From Planctomycetota bacterium (lineage in GTDB: Bacteria; Planctomycetota; JAJSAM01; JAJVHW01): a DNA stretch of 64,000 nt. Position 1 is the first letter of the stretch; the number at the start of each line of letters is the position of its first letter. The notes beneath the pieces were generated by a model, which did not search any database, was not told the DNA's origin, and was given only the letters and a program-made list of their open reading frames with translations. Below, piece by piece: positions 1 to 8,087 of this stretch. The position numbers and the translations under genes were made by a program. The stretch lies in the NCBI GenBank assembly GCA_965248445.1, contig CBDFJG010000002.1, positions 160,001 to 224,000 on the forward strand, written 5' to 3'.

Positions 1-1
1 C

Positions 2-2296
2 GGGCGGCACCTTGATGCCCAGGTTCACGACCTTGAACCCGTTGTTCGAGAGGATGATGTCGACCAGGTTCTTGCCGATGTCGTGTACGTCGCCCTTGAC
101 CGTCGCCAGCAACAACGTGCCCTTGGAGGCCGCGTCCTCTTTCTCCATGTGCGGTTCGAGGTGCGCGACCGCGGCCTTCATCACCTCGGCGCTCTGCAGC
201 ACCTCGGCCACGATCAGTTCATTCGCGGCGAACAGGCGCCCCACCTCGTCCATCCCCGTCATCAGCGGGCCGTTGATGATCTCGAGCGGCCGCACCTCGC
301 CGAGCTTCGTGTCGAGATCTTCGAGCAATCCCTCCTTCGTCCCCTCGACCACGTTGCGCGCGAGGCGCTCGTCGAGCGGAAGTGCGGCGCGCGCGTCGCC
401 GGTCGTCTTGACGCTGCGCCCCTTGAAGTGCGCGGCGAACTCCGCTACCGGGTCGTCGCCGCGGTTCCAGAGCAGGTCCTCGGAGAGTTCGCGCTCTTCG
501 TCGGGAATGCTGGCGTAGCGCTCCAGCCTCTCGCTGTTCACGATGGCCATGTCCAGGCCGGCCTTCGTGCAGTGGTAGAGGAACACGGCGTTCAGCACTT
601 CGCGGCCGGCCGCCGGAAGGCCGAAGCTGACGTTCGAGATGCCCAGCACGGTCTTGCAGGCCGGGAACGCCTCGCGGATCAGCCGCACCCCCTCGATGGT
701 CTCGACGGCGCTGCCGACGTACTCCGCAACGCCCGTCGCACACGGGAACACGAGCGGATCGAAGACGATGTCCTCCGCCCGCACGCCGTACTTGCCGGTC
801 AGCAGATCGTGCGAGCGGCGCGCGATCTCGAGCTTCCGCTCGCGCGTCACCCCCATCCCCTGCTGCGGGTCCTCGTCGATGCAGCCGACGACGAGACCCG
901 CGCCGAAGCGCGTGGCCAGCGGAACGACAGCCTCGAAGCGCTCCTCGCCGTCCTCCAGGTTGATCGAGTTGATCAGCGCCTTGCCCTGGCACCACATCAA
1001 CGACCGCTCGATCACCACGGCGTCCGTCGAGTCGATCACGAACGGCGCCTTCACCTTGTTCACCAGGAACGAGAGGAAGCGCTCGGTGTCCTCCAACTCC
1101 TCGCGGTCCGGATTGGCGAGGCAGATGTCCACCATCTGCGCGCCGCTCTTGACCTGGGCGCGGCCGACCTCCGACGCTTCCTCGAACCGGTCCTCCACGA
1201 TCAGACGCTTGAACTTGCGGCTGCCGATGACGTTGGTCCGCTCGCCAATGATGAGCGGCCGGTTGTCGCCCGAGACCTCCAGGAAGTCGATTCCGGAGAA
1301 GAGCGTCTTCGAGTGCTGTGGCGGACGGCGGGGCGCGAGTCCGGAGACCGCCTCGCAGAGCGCCGTGATGTGCGCCGGAGTCGTGCCGCAGCAACCGCCG
1401 ACGACGTTCAGCCAGCCGTGTTCCGCGAACCGGCGGACAGCGCCCGCGAGTTCGTCAGGTCCGAGCAGGTAAATGCCGTCTTCGTTAGGAAGCCCCGCGT
1501 TGGGAATGCACGACACGCGGCTCGTCGCGAGCGCACTGAGCGAGCGCACGTGGTCCGTCATGAACTCCGGCCCCGTCGCGCAGTTGAGGCCGACGGAGAA
1601 CGGCTCGGCGTGCGCGACGGACGTCCAGAACGCCTCGACGCCCTGGCCGGCGAGCATCGTGCCGGTCGGTTCGATCGTGCACGACAGCATCACCGGCACA
1701 CGGCCGCCCACCACCGCGAACGCCTCGTCGATCCCGAGGAGCGCCGCCTTGACGTTGCGCGTGTCCTGACTGGTCTCGACGATCAGGAAGTCCGATCCGC
1801 CACGCAGGAGAGCGCGCGCCTGCTGGCCGAAGTTCTCCCTCAACTCGTCGAACGTGACTCCGCCGGTCACGCTGATCGCCTTGGTGGTCGGCCCGATCGA
1901 CCCGGCGACGAAGCGCGGGCGCCCGGGCTCGTCAAAGGTCGCCGCCGTCTCCCTCGCGATCCGCGCGGCCGACTCGTTCAGCACGTCGGCCTGCTCGTGC
2001 AAGTCGTACTCTGCGAGCACGAGCGGCGTGCCGCCGAACGTATCGGTCTCGACGACGTCGGCACCGGCGGCGAGGTATCCCGCGTGCACGTCGCGCACGA
2101 CGTCGGGGCGCGTCGCGACGAGGTTCTCGTTGCAGCCCTCGAGGTCGGCGCCGCCGAAGTCCTCCGGACCGAGGTCGCGTTCCTGGAGCGCGGTGCCCAT
2201 CGCGCCGTCGAACACGAGGATCCGCTCGGACGTGGCTACGTGCAACGCCTCCGCACGTTGCGCGTCGAGCCACGGCAGTTCACGAGAGACGCTCAT
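2..2296 (-). CDS. metH: Cobalamin-dependent methionine synthase (5' part; runs off the window start)
   Basis: Not in the ORF track because its stop lies outside the window. Hand translation from ATG 2296 gives MSVSRELPW...RILVFDGAMGT (homocysteine-binding domain), GGCCGT, LIIGERTNVIGSRKFKRL (pterin domain) and LLATVKGDVHDIGKNLV (B12-binding DxHxxG). SD GAGAGGAG; ATGA overlap with upstream stop. Confidence 0.97.
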   Translation of the reverse strand, partial: MSVSRELPWLDAQRAEALHVATSERILVFDGAMGTALQERDLGPEDFGGADLEGCNENLVATRPDVVRDVHAGYLAAGADVVETDTFGGTPLVLAEYDLHEQADVLNESAARIARETAATFDEPGRPRFVAGSIGPTTKAISVTGGVTFDELRENFGQQARALLRGGSDFLIVETSQDTRNVKAALLGIDEAFAVVGGRVPVMLSCTIEPTGTMLAGQGVEAFWTSVAHAEPFSVGLNCATGPEFMTDHVRSLSALATSRVSCIPNAGLPNEDGIYLLGPDELAGAVRRFAEHGWLNVVGGCCGTTPAHITALCEAVSGLAPRRPPQHSKTLFSGIDFLEVSGDNRPLIIGERTNVIGSRKFKRLIVEDRFEEASEVGRAQVKSGAQMVDICLANPDREELEDTERFLSFLVNKVKAPFVIDSTDAVVIERSLMWCQGKALINSINLEDGEERFEAVVPLATRFGAGLVVGCIDEDPQQGMGVTRERKLEIARRSHDLLTGKYGVRAEDIVFDPLVFPCATGVAEYVGSAVETIEGVRLIREAFPACKTVLGISNVSFGLPAAGREVLNAVFLYHCTKAGLDMAIVNSERLERYASIPDEERELSEDLLWNRGDDPVAEFAAHFKGRSVKTTGDARAALPLDERLARNVVEGTKEGLLEDLDTKLGEVRPLEIINGPLMTGMDEVGRLFAANELIVAEVLQSAEVMKAAVAHLEPHMEKEDAASKGTLLLATVKGDVHDIGKNLVDIILSNNGFKVVNLGIKVPP

Positions 2297-3204
2297 GGTG
2301 CTCTCCTCTCACCGCTCGCGAGGACGGGCCGGAAGGGCTCGTCCGAGCGACCGGGAAGCCTCTCGGCGCGGATGCGCGTCAGGCCGGCATTCTTCATCAG
2401 TGCGCGCAACCGCGCCGGTGCGAACCCGCGCGAGCGGTGGCCCAGCCGGTCGCCGACCCACTCCTCGTCGTGCGGCAACAGGTCGATCACGACGACCCGC
2501 CCGCCGCGCGTGACGACACGCGCCGCCTCGGCGAGTGCCTCGTCCGGCGCGTCCGCGAAGTGCAGCGACTGCGACAGCACCGCCAGATCGAAGTCGCCGT
2601 CCGCGAACGGCAGGTCCTGCATGTCGCCCTTCTTGAAGGAGACGTGCCGGAGCCGTGCCCTCTTCGCGCGTGCGCGAGCCTTGCGCAGATGGTCCGCGCG
2701 CTTGTCGACGCCGGTCACGTGCCCGGCGAAGCGCGCGAGTTCCAGCGACAGACCGCCATCGCCGCAGCCTATGTCCACGACACGCGGCGATCCGGGGATC
2801 AGAAGAGTCAGCGCCCGCGCCCACGCCGCCCAGGAGCGACCGGGCACGTAGTCCTTCCGCGCGGAGCCACCGCCCATGCGTCGTTCGTCGCGTGCACGCA
2901 GGACGTCATCCAGCCGCGCCAGATCCCCCTGGTCGTCCGGTGCGCCGTCGACCAGGCCGGCAATCGCGTCCCACACGACGCCGGCATCTCGCGCGGCGGA
3001 GAAGTACGCGTACCGTCCCTGCCGCCGGACCCGGACGAGCCCGCCCTCGCGCAGCAGTGCGAGGTGCCGGGACACGGCCGATTGCGCGATGCCCAGCACC
3101 GAGGTCAACTCGCCGGCGTTCAACTCCTGGCGCACGAGCACGCGCAAGGCGCGCAGGCGCGTCTCGTCGGCGAGCAGGCGGAGGGATGCGTGCAGCGCTT
3201 TCAT
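2293..3204 (-). CDS. ArsR-family HTH + SAM-binding methyltransferase-fold regulator (SahR/SamR-like)
   Basis: MKALHASLRLLADETRLRAL...QSAVSRHLALLREGGLV (ArsR HTH), then VVDIGCGDG and DMQDLPFADGDFDLAVLSQSLH (Methyltransf_11-like). Translationally coupled to metH. Confidence 0.88.
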   Translation of the reverse strand: MKALHASLRLLADETRLRALRVLVRQELNAGELTSVLGIAQSAVSRHLALLREGGLVRVRRQGRYAYFSAARDAGVVWDAIAGLVDGAPDDQGDLARLDDVLRARDERRMGGGSARKDYVPGRSWAAWARALTLLIPGSPRVVDIGCGDGGLSLELARFAGHVTGVDKRADHLRKARARAKRARLRHVSFKKGDMQDLPFADGDFDLAVLSQSLHFADAPDEALAEAARVVTRGGRVVVIDLLPHDEEWVGDRLGHRSRGFAPARLRALMKNAGLTRIRAERLPGRSDEPFRPVLASGERRAP

Positions 3205-3232
3205 ATCGTGACTTCCAGAACTAACGATATGA
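3201..3232. promoter_or_regulatory. Candidate operator: perfect 9-bp inverted repeat TCATATCGT-N14-ACGATATGA overlapping the regulator start codon
   Basis: Seen directly at 3201-3209 and 3224-3232; AT-rich island in very GC-rich DNA. Confidence 0.6.
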
Positions 3233-3272
3233 TATGCGCCCCTGGGCGGACCCGTCGAGGATCCGCCGGGCC

Positions 3273-5825
3273 TCAGCGGCGGCGGCGCTGAGGCCGCTTC
3301 TCCGGCTCGGCCGTGAGCGGGTCCTCCGGCCACGCGTGGCGCGGGTAGCGGCGGCGCAGTTCCCGACGCACGACGGCGTACGTGCTGGCCCAGAACGAGG
3401 CCAGGTCGTCGGTGACCTGCTGGGGCCTCTGATTGGGCGCCAGTAGGTGCAGCAGCACCTTGACCCGACCCCGCGCCACGCGCGGGGTCTCCGCGAGGCC
3501 GAAGACCTCCTGGATACGGACGGGCAGCACGGGCGGGCGTCCCGCCTCGTAGCGCAACGCGATCCGGCTGCCGCTCGGCACCTCGATGCGTTCGGGCGCG
3601 TCCCGATCGAGAGCGGCCCGCTGCGTGTGCGTGAGTCGCCAGCGCAGCATCTCGGAGACCCCGAGCAGCCGCAGCTCCGCGAACGATCGCTTGCCCGCGC
3701 ACAACTCCGGCAACCGATCACGGATCGAGTCGTCGTCCAGCACCGGCAGTTCCAGCTCGGGCACGTGCTCGCGCAGGAACGCCACCCGCGCGCGGAGCGA
3801 CGCGACTCCGTCTGCGTCCAGGTCGAGCGCCCTGGCGAGGTCCGTGGCCGCCGCACCGGCGAGAAGCGCCGCCGTTCGCTCGTCTCGCGGCGCCTCGGCG
3901 GGAGACTCCTCGAGCACGAGTTCGTCGAACCGCACGCGACGTATCGCAACCACCCGCTGTGCGGTCGCGTCGAACGAGACATCGACGCTCTCGACGACAC
4001 GATCGCCGGGAAGCCACTCCCGGTCCACGGCCGATGCGATGCGCACGAGCCCCTCCGGTCCCGACCCCGCGTCGACGTCGATGCAGACGAACAGCTCTGC
4101 CTCGCTCACCGCACTCTCGACCGCGAGCTTCACGCCCTTGCCGGCCACGAGCACCGCGCGCCGGTCGCCGGGCGCACGACGGCGGGCCAGCCGGTCGGGA
4201 TAGCCCATCCAGATCTGCTTCCGAATCCACCGGTCTGGGTCCGGGTCGCCCACCCGCCACACCGGCCCCTCGTTCGGCGACGGACCGAGTGAGGACGCGA
4301 CCGTCTCCGCCAGTTCTCCGGAGATGCGCTGGACCCAGCGCGCCGCACCGAGATCGAGACGGCCCTCAACTCCTTCCCGGACCCGCGGGTCGTATTGGTG
4401 CCGCGTGATCAGGCCCATCCGATCGAGCACGTCGGATTCGCTGACGTGACCGGCCGGACGCGGACGGCCGCGACGCATGATAGGATCTCGTTCGCTCAGC
4501 ACGGCCGCTGCGAACGCCGCGCGGGGAACGGTCCCGAAACGATGCGCCTCGACCAACACGCGTGCGATGCGCGGGTGGACCGGCAAGCGCGCCATCGCGC
4601 TCCCGACGTCTGTGATGCGTCCGCCGTCGGTGGCGCCCAGTCGTTCCAGCAGGTCCAGCGCCACGGCGAGCCGCGCCGGATCGGGTGCCTCGAACCACGG
4701 GAACGACGACAGATCTGTCTCGCCCCACGCGAGCAGTTCGAGAGCAGCCGGCGAGACATCCACGCGGCGCACTTCGGGTTCCAGCCGCGCCGGGAATGCG
4801 TTCTCGCCCGGCGCTGTCCACAGGCGGTAGCAGACGCCCGGTGCGGTGCGGCCGGCGCGCCCGGTGCGCTGCTGGATCGACGACTTGGCGATCCGCACGC
4901 GCGACAGGCGGTCCATCCCGACCGCCGGGTCGTGACGCATCACCCGGGCCCAGCCCGAATCCACCACCGCCGTGACGCCCTCCACCGTCACGGACGTCTC
5001 GGCAACGTTCGTCGCGAGCACCACGCGGCGCGCGTCGCCACGCCGAAGCGCGCGGTCCTGGCGCTTGGGCGGCAGGCTGCCGTAGAGCTCGTGGATCTCG
5101 AGGCCGTGGTGCGCAGCGACGTCCGCGAGCAGGCCGCCCGTGCTGCGAATCTCGCCGACGCCGGGCAGGAACGCGAGCACGTCCCCGTCGGTCTCGGTCA
5201 GCGCTCGCTTGACGCCGGCCGCGACGAGTTCGTGGACGCGGCGATCGTCGGAGCGCTCGAGATGCCGCACCTCGACGGGGTGCAGGAACCCCTCGCTCTC
5301 GACGACGGATGCGTCGAGGTAAGCGGCGATTGGGGCCGTGTCGAGCGTCGCCGACATGACCACGACACGCAGGCCCGGCCGCGCGTCCTCGCGCAGGCGC
5401 TGCACCATGGCCAGGCCGAGATCCGAGACGAGGCTGCGCTCGTGGAACTCGTCGAAGATCACGACGCCGACGCCGGAGAGAAACGGGTCCGCCTGCAACA
5501 TCCGCAGGAGCGTCGCCTCCGTCACGACGAGCACACGCGTCGCCGCGCCCGCGCGGCGATCGAGCCGCACGCTGTAGCCGATCTCGCCGCCCACCGAGCT
5601 GCCGCGCTCGTCGGCCATGCGGCGGGCGGCCGCACGCGCCGCGACGCGGCGCGGTTCGAGCACGACGACCTGTCCGTCGCCCGCCAGTCCGGCGTCCAGC
5701 AGGGCGGGCGGCACACGCGTCGTCTTGCCGGCGCCGGTCGGCGCGCGCAGGACCAGCGCGCCGGTTCGGCGCAACACCGCCACGATCTCGGGCAGCACCC
5801 GGTCGACCGGGAGCGGTGCGGTCAC
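3273..5825 (-). CDS. hrpB: ATP-dependent RNA helicase HrpB
   Basis: APTGAGKTT, DEFHER, MSAT, ATNVAETS, QRTGRAGR and the HrpB C-terminal LLAPNQRPQQVTDDLASFW...RYPRHAWPEDP. GTG 5825 overlaps the upstream TGA. Confidence 0.95.
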   Translation of the reverse strand: MTAPLPVDRVLPEIVAVLRRTGALVLRAPTGAGKTTRVPPALLDAGLAGDGQVVVLEPRRVAARAAARRMADERGSSVGGEIGYSVRLDRRAGAATRVLVVTEATLLRMLQADPFLSGVGVVIFDEFHERSLVSDLGLAMVQRLREDARPGLRVVVMSATLDTAPIAAYLDASVVESEGFLHPVEVRHLERSDDRRVHELVAAGVKRALTETDGDVLAFLPGVGEIRSTGGLLADVAAHHGLEIHELYGSLPPKRQDRALRRGDARRVVLATNVAETSVTVEGVTAVVDSGWARVMRHDPAVGMDRLSRVRIAKSSIQQRTGRAGRTAPGVCYRLWTAPGENAFPARLEPEVRRVDVSPAALELLAWGETDLSSFPWFEAPDPARLAVALDLLERLGATDGGRITDVGSAMARLPVHPRIARVLVEAHRFGTVPRAAFAAAVLSERDPIMRRGRPRPAGHVSESDVLDRMGLITRHQYDPRVREGVEGRLDLGAARWVQRISGELAETVASSLGPSPNEGPVWRVGDPDPDRWIRKQIWMGYPDRLARRRAPGDRRAVLVAGKGVKLAVESAVSEAELFVCIDVDAGSGPEGLVRIASAVDREWLPGDRVVESVDVSFDATAQRVVAIRRVRFDELVLEESPAEAPRDERTAALLAGAAATDLARALDLDADGVASLRARVAFLREHVPELELPVLDDDSIRDRLPELCAGKRSFAELRLLGVSEMLRWRLTHTQRAALDRDAPERIEVPSGSRIALRYEAGRPPVLPVRIQEVFGLAETPRVARGRVKVLLHLLAPNQRPQQVTDDLASFWASTYAVVRRELRRRYPRHAWPEDPLTAEPEKRPQRRRR

Positions 5826-6508
5826 CCCTGACTCTTGCGGCGGCGGCGTTCGCGAGGACACCCCAAGAGCAGACGGTTCTTCGGTGTGATGTCGCCGGGG
5901 ATGGTCTGCGTCCAGACGTCGTAGTCCTTCTCGCGCAGGCGCAGCGCGCGGGCCGCGTCGATCGCGAGGTCGAGGTCCATCCAGCCATCCAGTCCGCCCG
6001 CGTCGAGGTGACTGTGGTCGCTACAACACGGCAGCACCGCGACGTCGGCACGCACCTCGGCCGCGCGATCGAGCACGAGATCCGTGAGCCTGCCGCACGC
6101 GTGCGCCGACACGACCAGGTCGTCCGCGGTCAACGGGAACGACTGGAGTGGGCGCGCCACCCGTCGCACGCGATCCGCCAGCGTGGGCCAGGTCGTCGCC
6201 ATCGCCGCCGCGACCCGCTCGGCCGACGGCGGCAGCTTGTTGTCGACCGCGACGACGTCCTGCACATCGCCATAGAGCAACGCCATGATCTGCGCGACAA
6301 GTCCGTGCCCGCATGCCAGATCGACGATGCGCGTGCCGTGGAGGCGCCTGCGCACCCGCCGCGCGACCTCCCACGACTCGTGGAGCTCCTTTCGCGGCAG
6401 ACACTCCGCCTGGCAGACCGCCCGACCGATGCGGTCGAACATGCCGTCGCCCAGATAGTGGCGCGCCGCTCCGTGAAGCAGCTTCTTCTTGGAAGACCTG
6501 TCGCGCAT
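5822..6508 (-). CDS. SAM-dependent methyltransferase (Methyltransf_32-like)
   Basis: IVDLACGHG motif I, SAHACGRLTD and LPCC motifs; start ATG 6508 (MRDRSSKK). Confidence 0.8.
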   Translation of the reverse strand: MRDRSSKKKLLHGAARHYLGDGMFDRIGRAVCQAECLPRKELHESWEVARRVRRRLHGTRIVDLACGHGLVAQIMALLYGDVQDVVAVDNKLPPSAERVAAAMATTWPTLADRVRRVARPLQSFPLTADDLVVSAHACGRLTDLVLDRAAEVRADVAVLPCCSDHSHLDAGGLDGWMDLDLAIDAARALRLREKDYDVWTQTIPGDITPKNRLLLGCPRERRRRKSQG

Positions 6509-6632
6509 CGCGCCCGATCCTGTGACGTTGCACACGCGGACGCACGGATTCCCACACGCCCGGACCCCGGCTCGAGGCAGGGGGGCATAGAATCGGTAGG
6601 TTCGTGGGTTCTGGGACTTGTCAGGAGTAGCC

Positions 6633-8069
6633 ATGCGCATTCGAGCGTTCCTCGTCGTCGCCTCCCTCGCCGCCACCGCTTCGGCGTGCGCCGCCCCTGC
6701 TGCCGAGGGCGTGGCGACCCGTCGAGCGCAGCTCGTCGCCGAGGCATCGCCGCAGCTCGTCACCAAGCCGGGCGTCATCCAACCGGTCGGGGTGACGTTC
6801 GTCGCGGACGGAGCAACCGACATCTACGGCGACGCCTCGCTCGACGTCCTGCTGACGGAACAGCGGCGGATCTCGCTGCCCGCCGCAGGGTCCGACGTGC
6901 TTGCCGGGGGTCGCGTGCCCGCGTCGTTCGAGGCGGAGGCCGACGGGAGGACGGTGCAGAGCGCGACCGCGGTGCGCATGCGCAACGGCCGTGTCGTGAC
7001 GGGCCGTCTCCTCGACGACGACGGCGAGTCGATCCAGCTCGAGATCGGCACCGACAGTGGCGGGACCGCCACGACGCGCCTGCGCTACTCCGAGTTGCAC
7101 CCGCGTACGGTGTGCGAGTTGCGGAGCCGCCGGCTGCCCGACGACGACGCGTCCGGTCACCTCGCCATCGGCAAGTACGCCGCAGACAACGGCCTGTATG
7201 ACATCGCGCGCGTGCACTACATGCACGCCGGGACGCTCGGCGGCGATCACGGCGTCGAGGCAGACCAGCGCCTCATGGTGCTGCTCGACACGGCGTCGCG
7301 CTCGGAACTTGCGCGCGCCCGTTCGGCCCTGGATGCGGGCAAGGAGCGCGAAGGCGACCGCATCCTCGAGCGACTGCAGCGCGAATTCCCGGGCAGTGCG
7401 GCCGCCGGGGAGGGCGCAAGGCTCTACGCTGCACGGACCGCGCGGCGCGCGGCCGTCGAGCGAGAGGCCGCTCTCATCAAGCTGTTCGCGCCCGTGGACA
7501 AGCTGTACGCGCAAGCGCTCGAGCACACACGCAAGGGCCTCGCAGAGGCGGAGAACAGTCGCCGCGCGGCGGCGTCCTTCAAGGCCGCGCGCGACCGCGT
7601 GCTCCAGGCAGAGGGACGGCTCGGCCGTCTCGCGAAGAGGAACGGCAGCACTGACGGCGTCGAAGCGGCTGTGGCAAGCACGGGCGACTCGCTGTCGTCT
7701 CACTTCGTTGCCAACCAGATCCACCTGGCCAGCGTCGAGATGACGCGGGGCAAGTTCGACACGGCGCTCGGCGCGGTCAACGAGGCGATTGGGCGCGATT
7801 CGTCCAATCGGGAGGCATTGTCACTGCGCGCGCGGATCGAGACCGGATCCGCGGCTGCGCGGCATGATGACGAGTGGCGCCGGCTGGGCCGCTACCACAG
7901 CGGCGGAATTCACCGCGGGTTCTATCCGTACGGCTGGAGACGCTTCGGCCACCGCGGGTGGCGCGGCACGTCGCTGACGCACGGTACGGGCACGCGCAGC
8001 ATCGGCCGCCGCGTCAGCCCGAGCGGCGCGGGCAGCGGCAACATGTTCGGTGGCCGCAGAGCGCGCTGA
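6633..8069 (+). CDS. Secreted/lipoprotein hypothetical with TPR-like helical region and Arg/Gly-rich tail
   Basis: SD AGGAG, signal peptide MRIRAFLVVASLAATASAC, TPR-like LERLQREFPGS and EMTRGKFDTALGAVNEAIGRDSSNREA. Confidence 0.7.
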   Translation: MRIRAFLVVASLAATASACAAPAAEGVATRRAQLVAEASPQLVTKPGVIQPVGVTFVADGATDIYGDASLDVLLTEQRRISLPAAGSDVLAGGRVPASFEAEADGRTVQSATAVRMRNGRVVTGRLLDDDGESIQLEIGTDSGGTATTRLRYSELHPRTVCELRSRRLPDDDASGHLAIGKYAADNGLYDIARVHYMHAGTLGGDHGVEADQRLMVLLDTASRSELARARSALDAGKEREGDRILERLQREFPGSAAAGEGARLYAARTARRAAVEREAALIKLFAPVDKLYAQALEHTRKGLAEAENSRRAAASFKAARDRVLQAEGRLGRLAKRNGSTDGVEAAVASTGDSLSSHFVANQIHLASVEMTRGKFDTALGAVNEAIGRDSSNREALSLRARIETGSAAARHDDEWRRLGRYHSGGIHRGFYPYGWRRFGHRGWRGTSLTHGTGTRSIGRRVSPSGAGSGNMFGGRRAR

Positions 8070-8087
8070 TCGCGGCGCACTCGACGG

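Noticed and set aside
83..2851. 922-aa plus-strand ORF and similar long antisense ORFs (8802-11138, 42761-45772, 60859-62676 and others)
   Set aside because: Shadow frames opposite well-supported genes, expected in high-GC3 DNA; no motifs and Arg/Ala-biased composition
3205..3272. SAM or cobalamin riboswitch upstream of the metH operon
   Set aside because: Intergenic space is only 68 bp and shows no riboswitch core; a protein operator fits better
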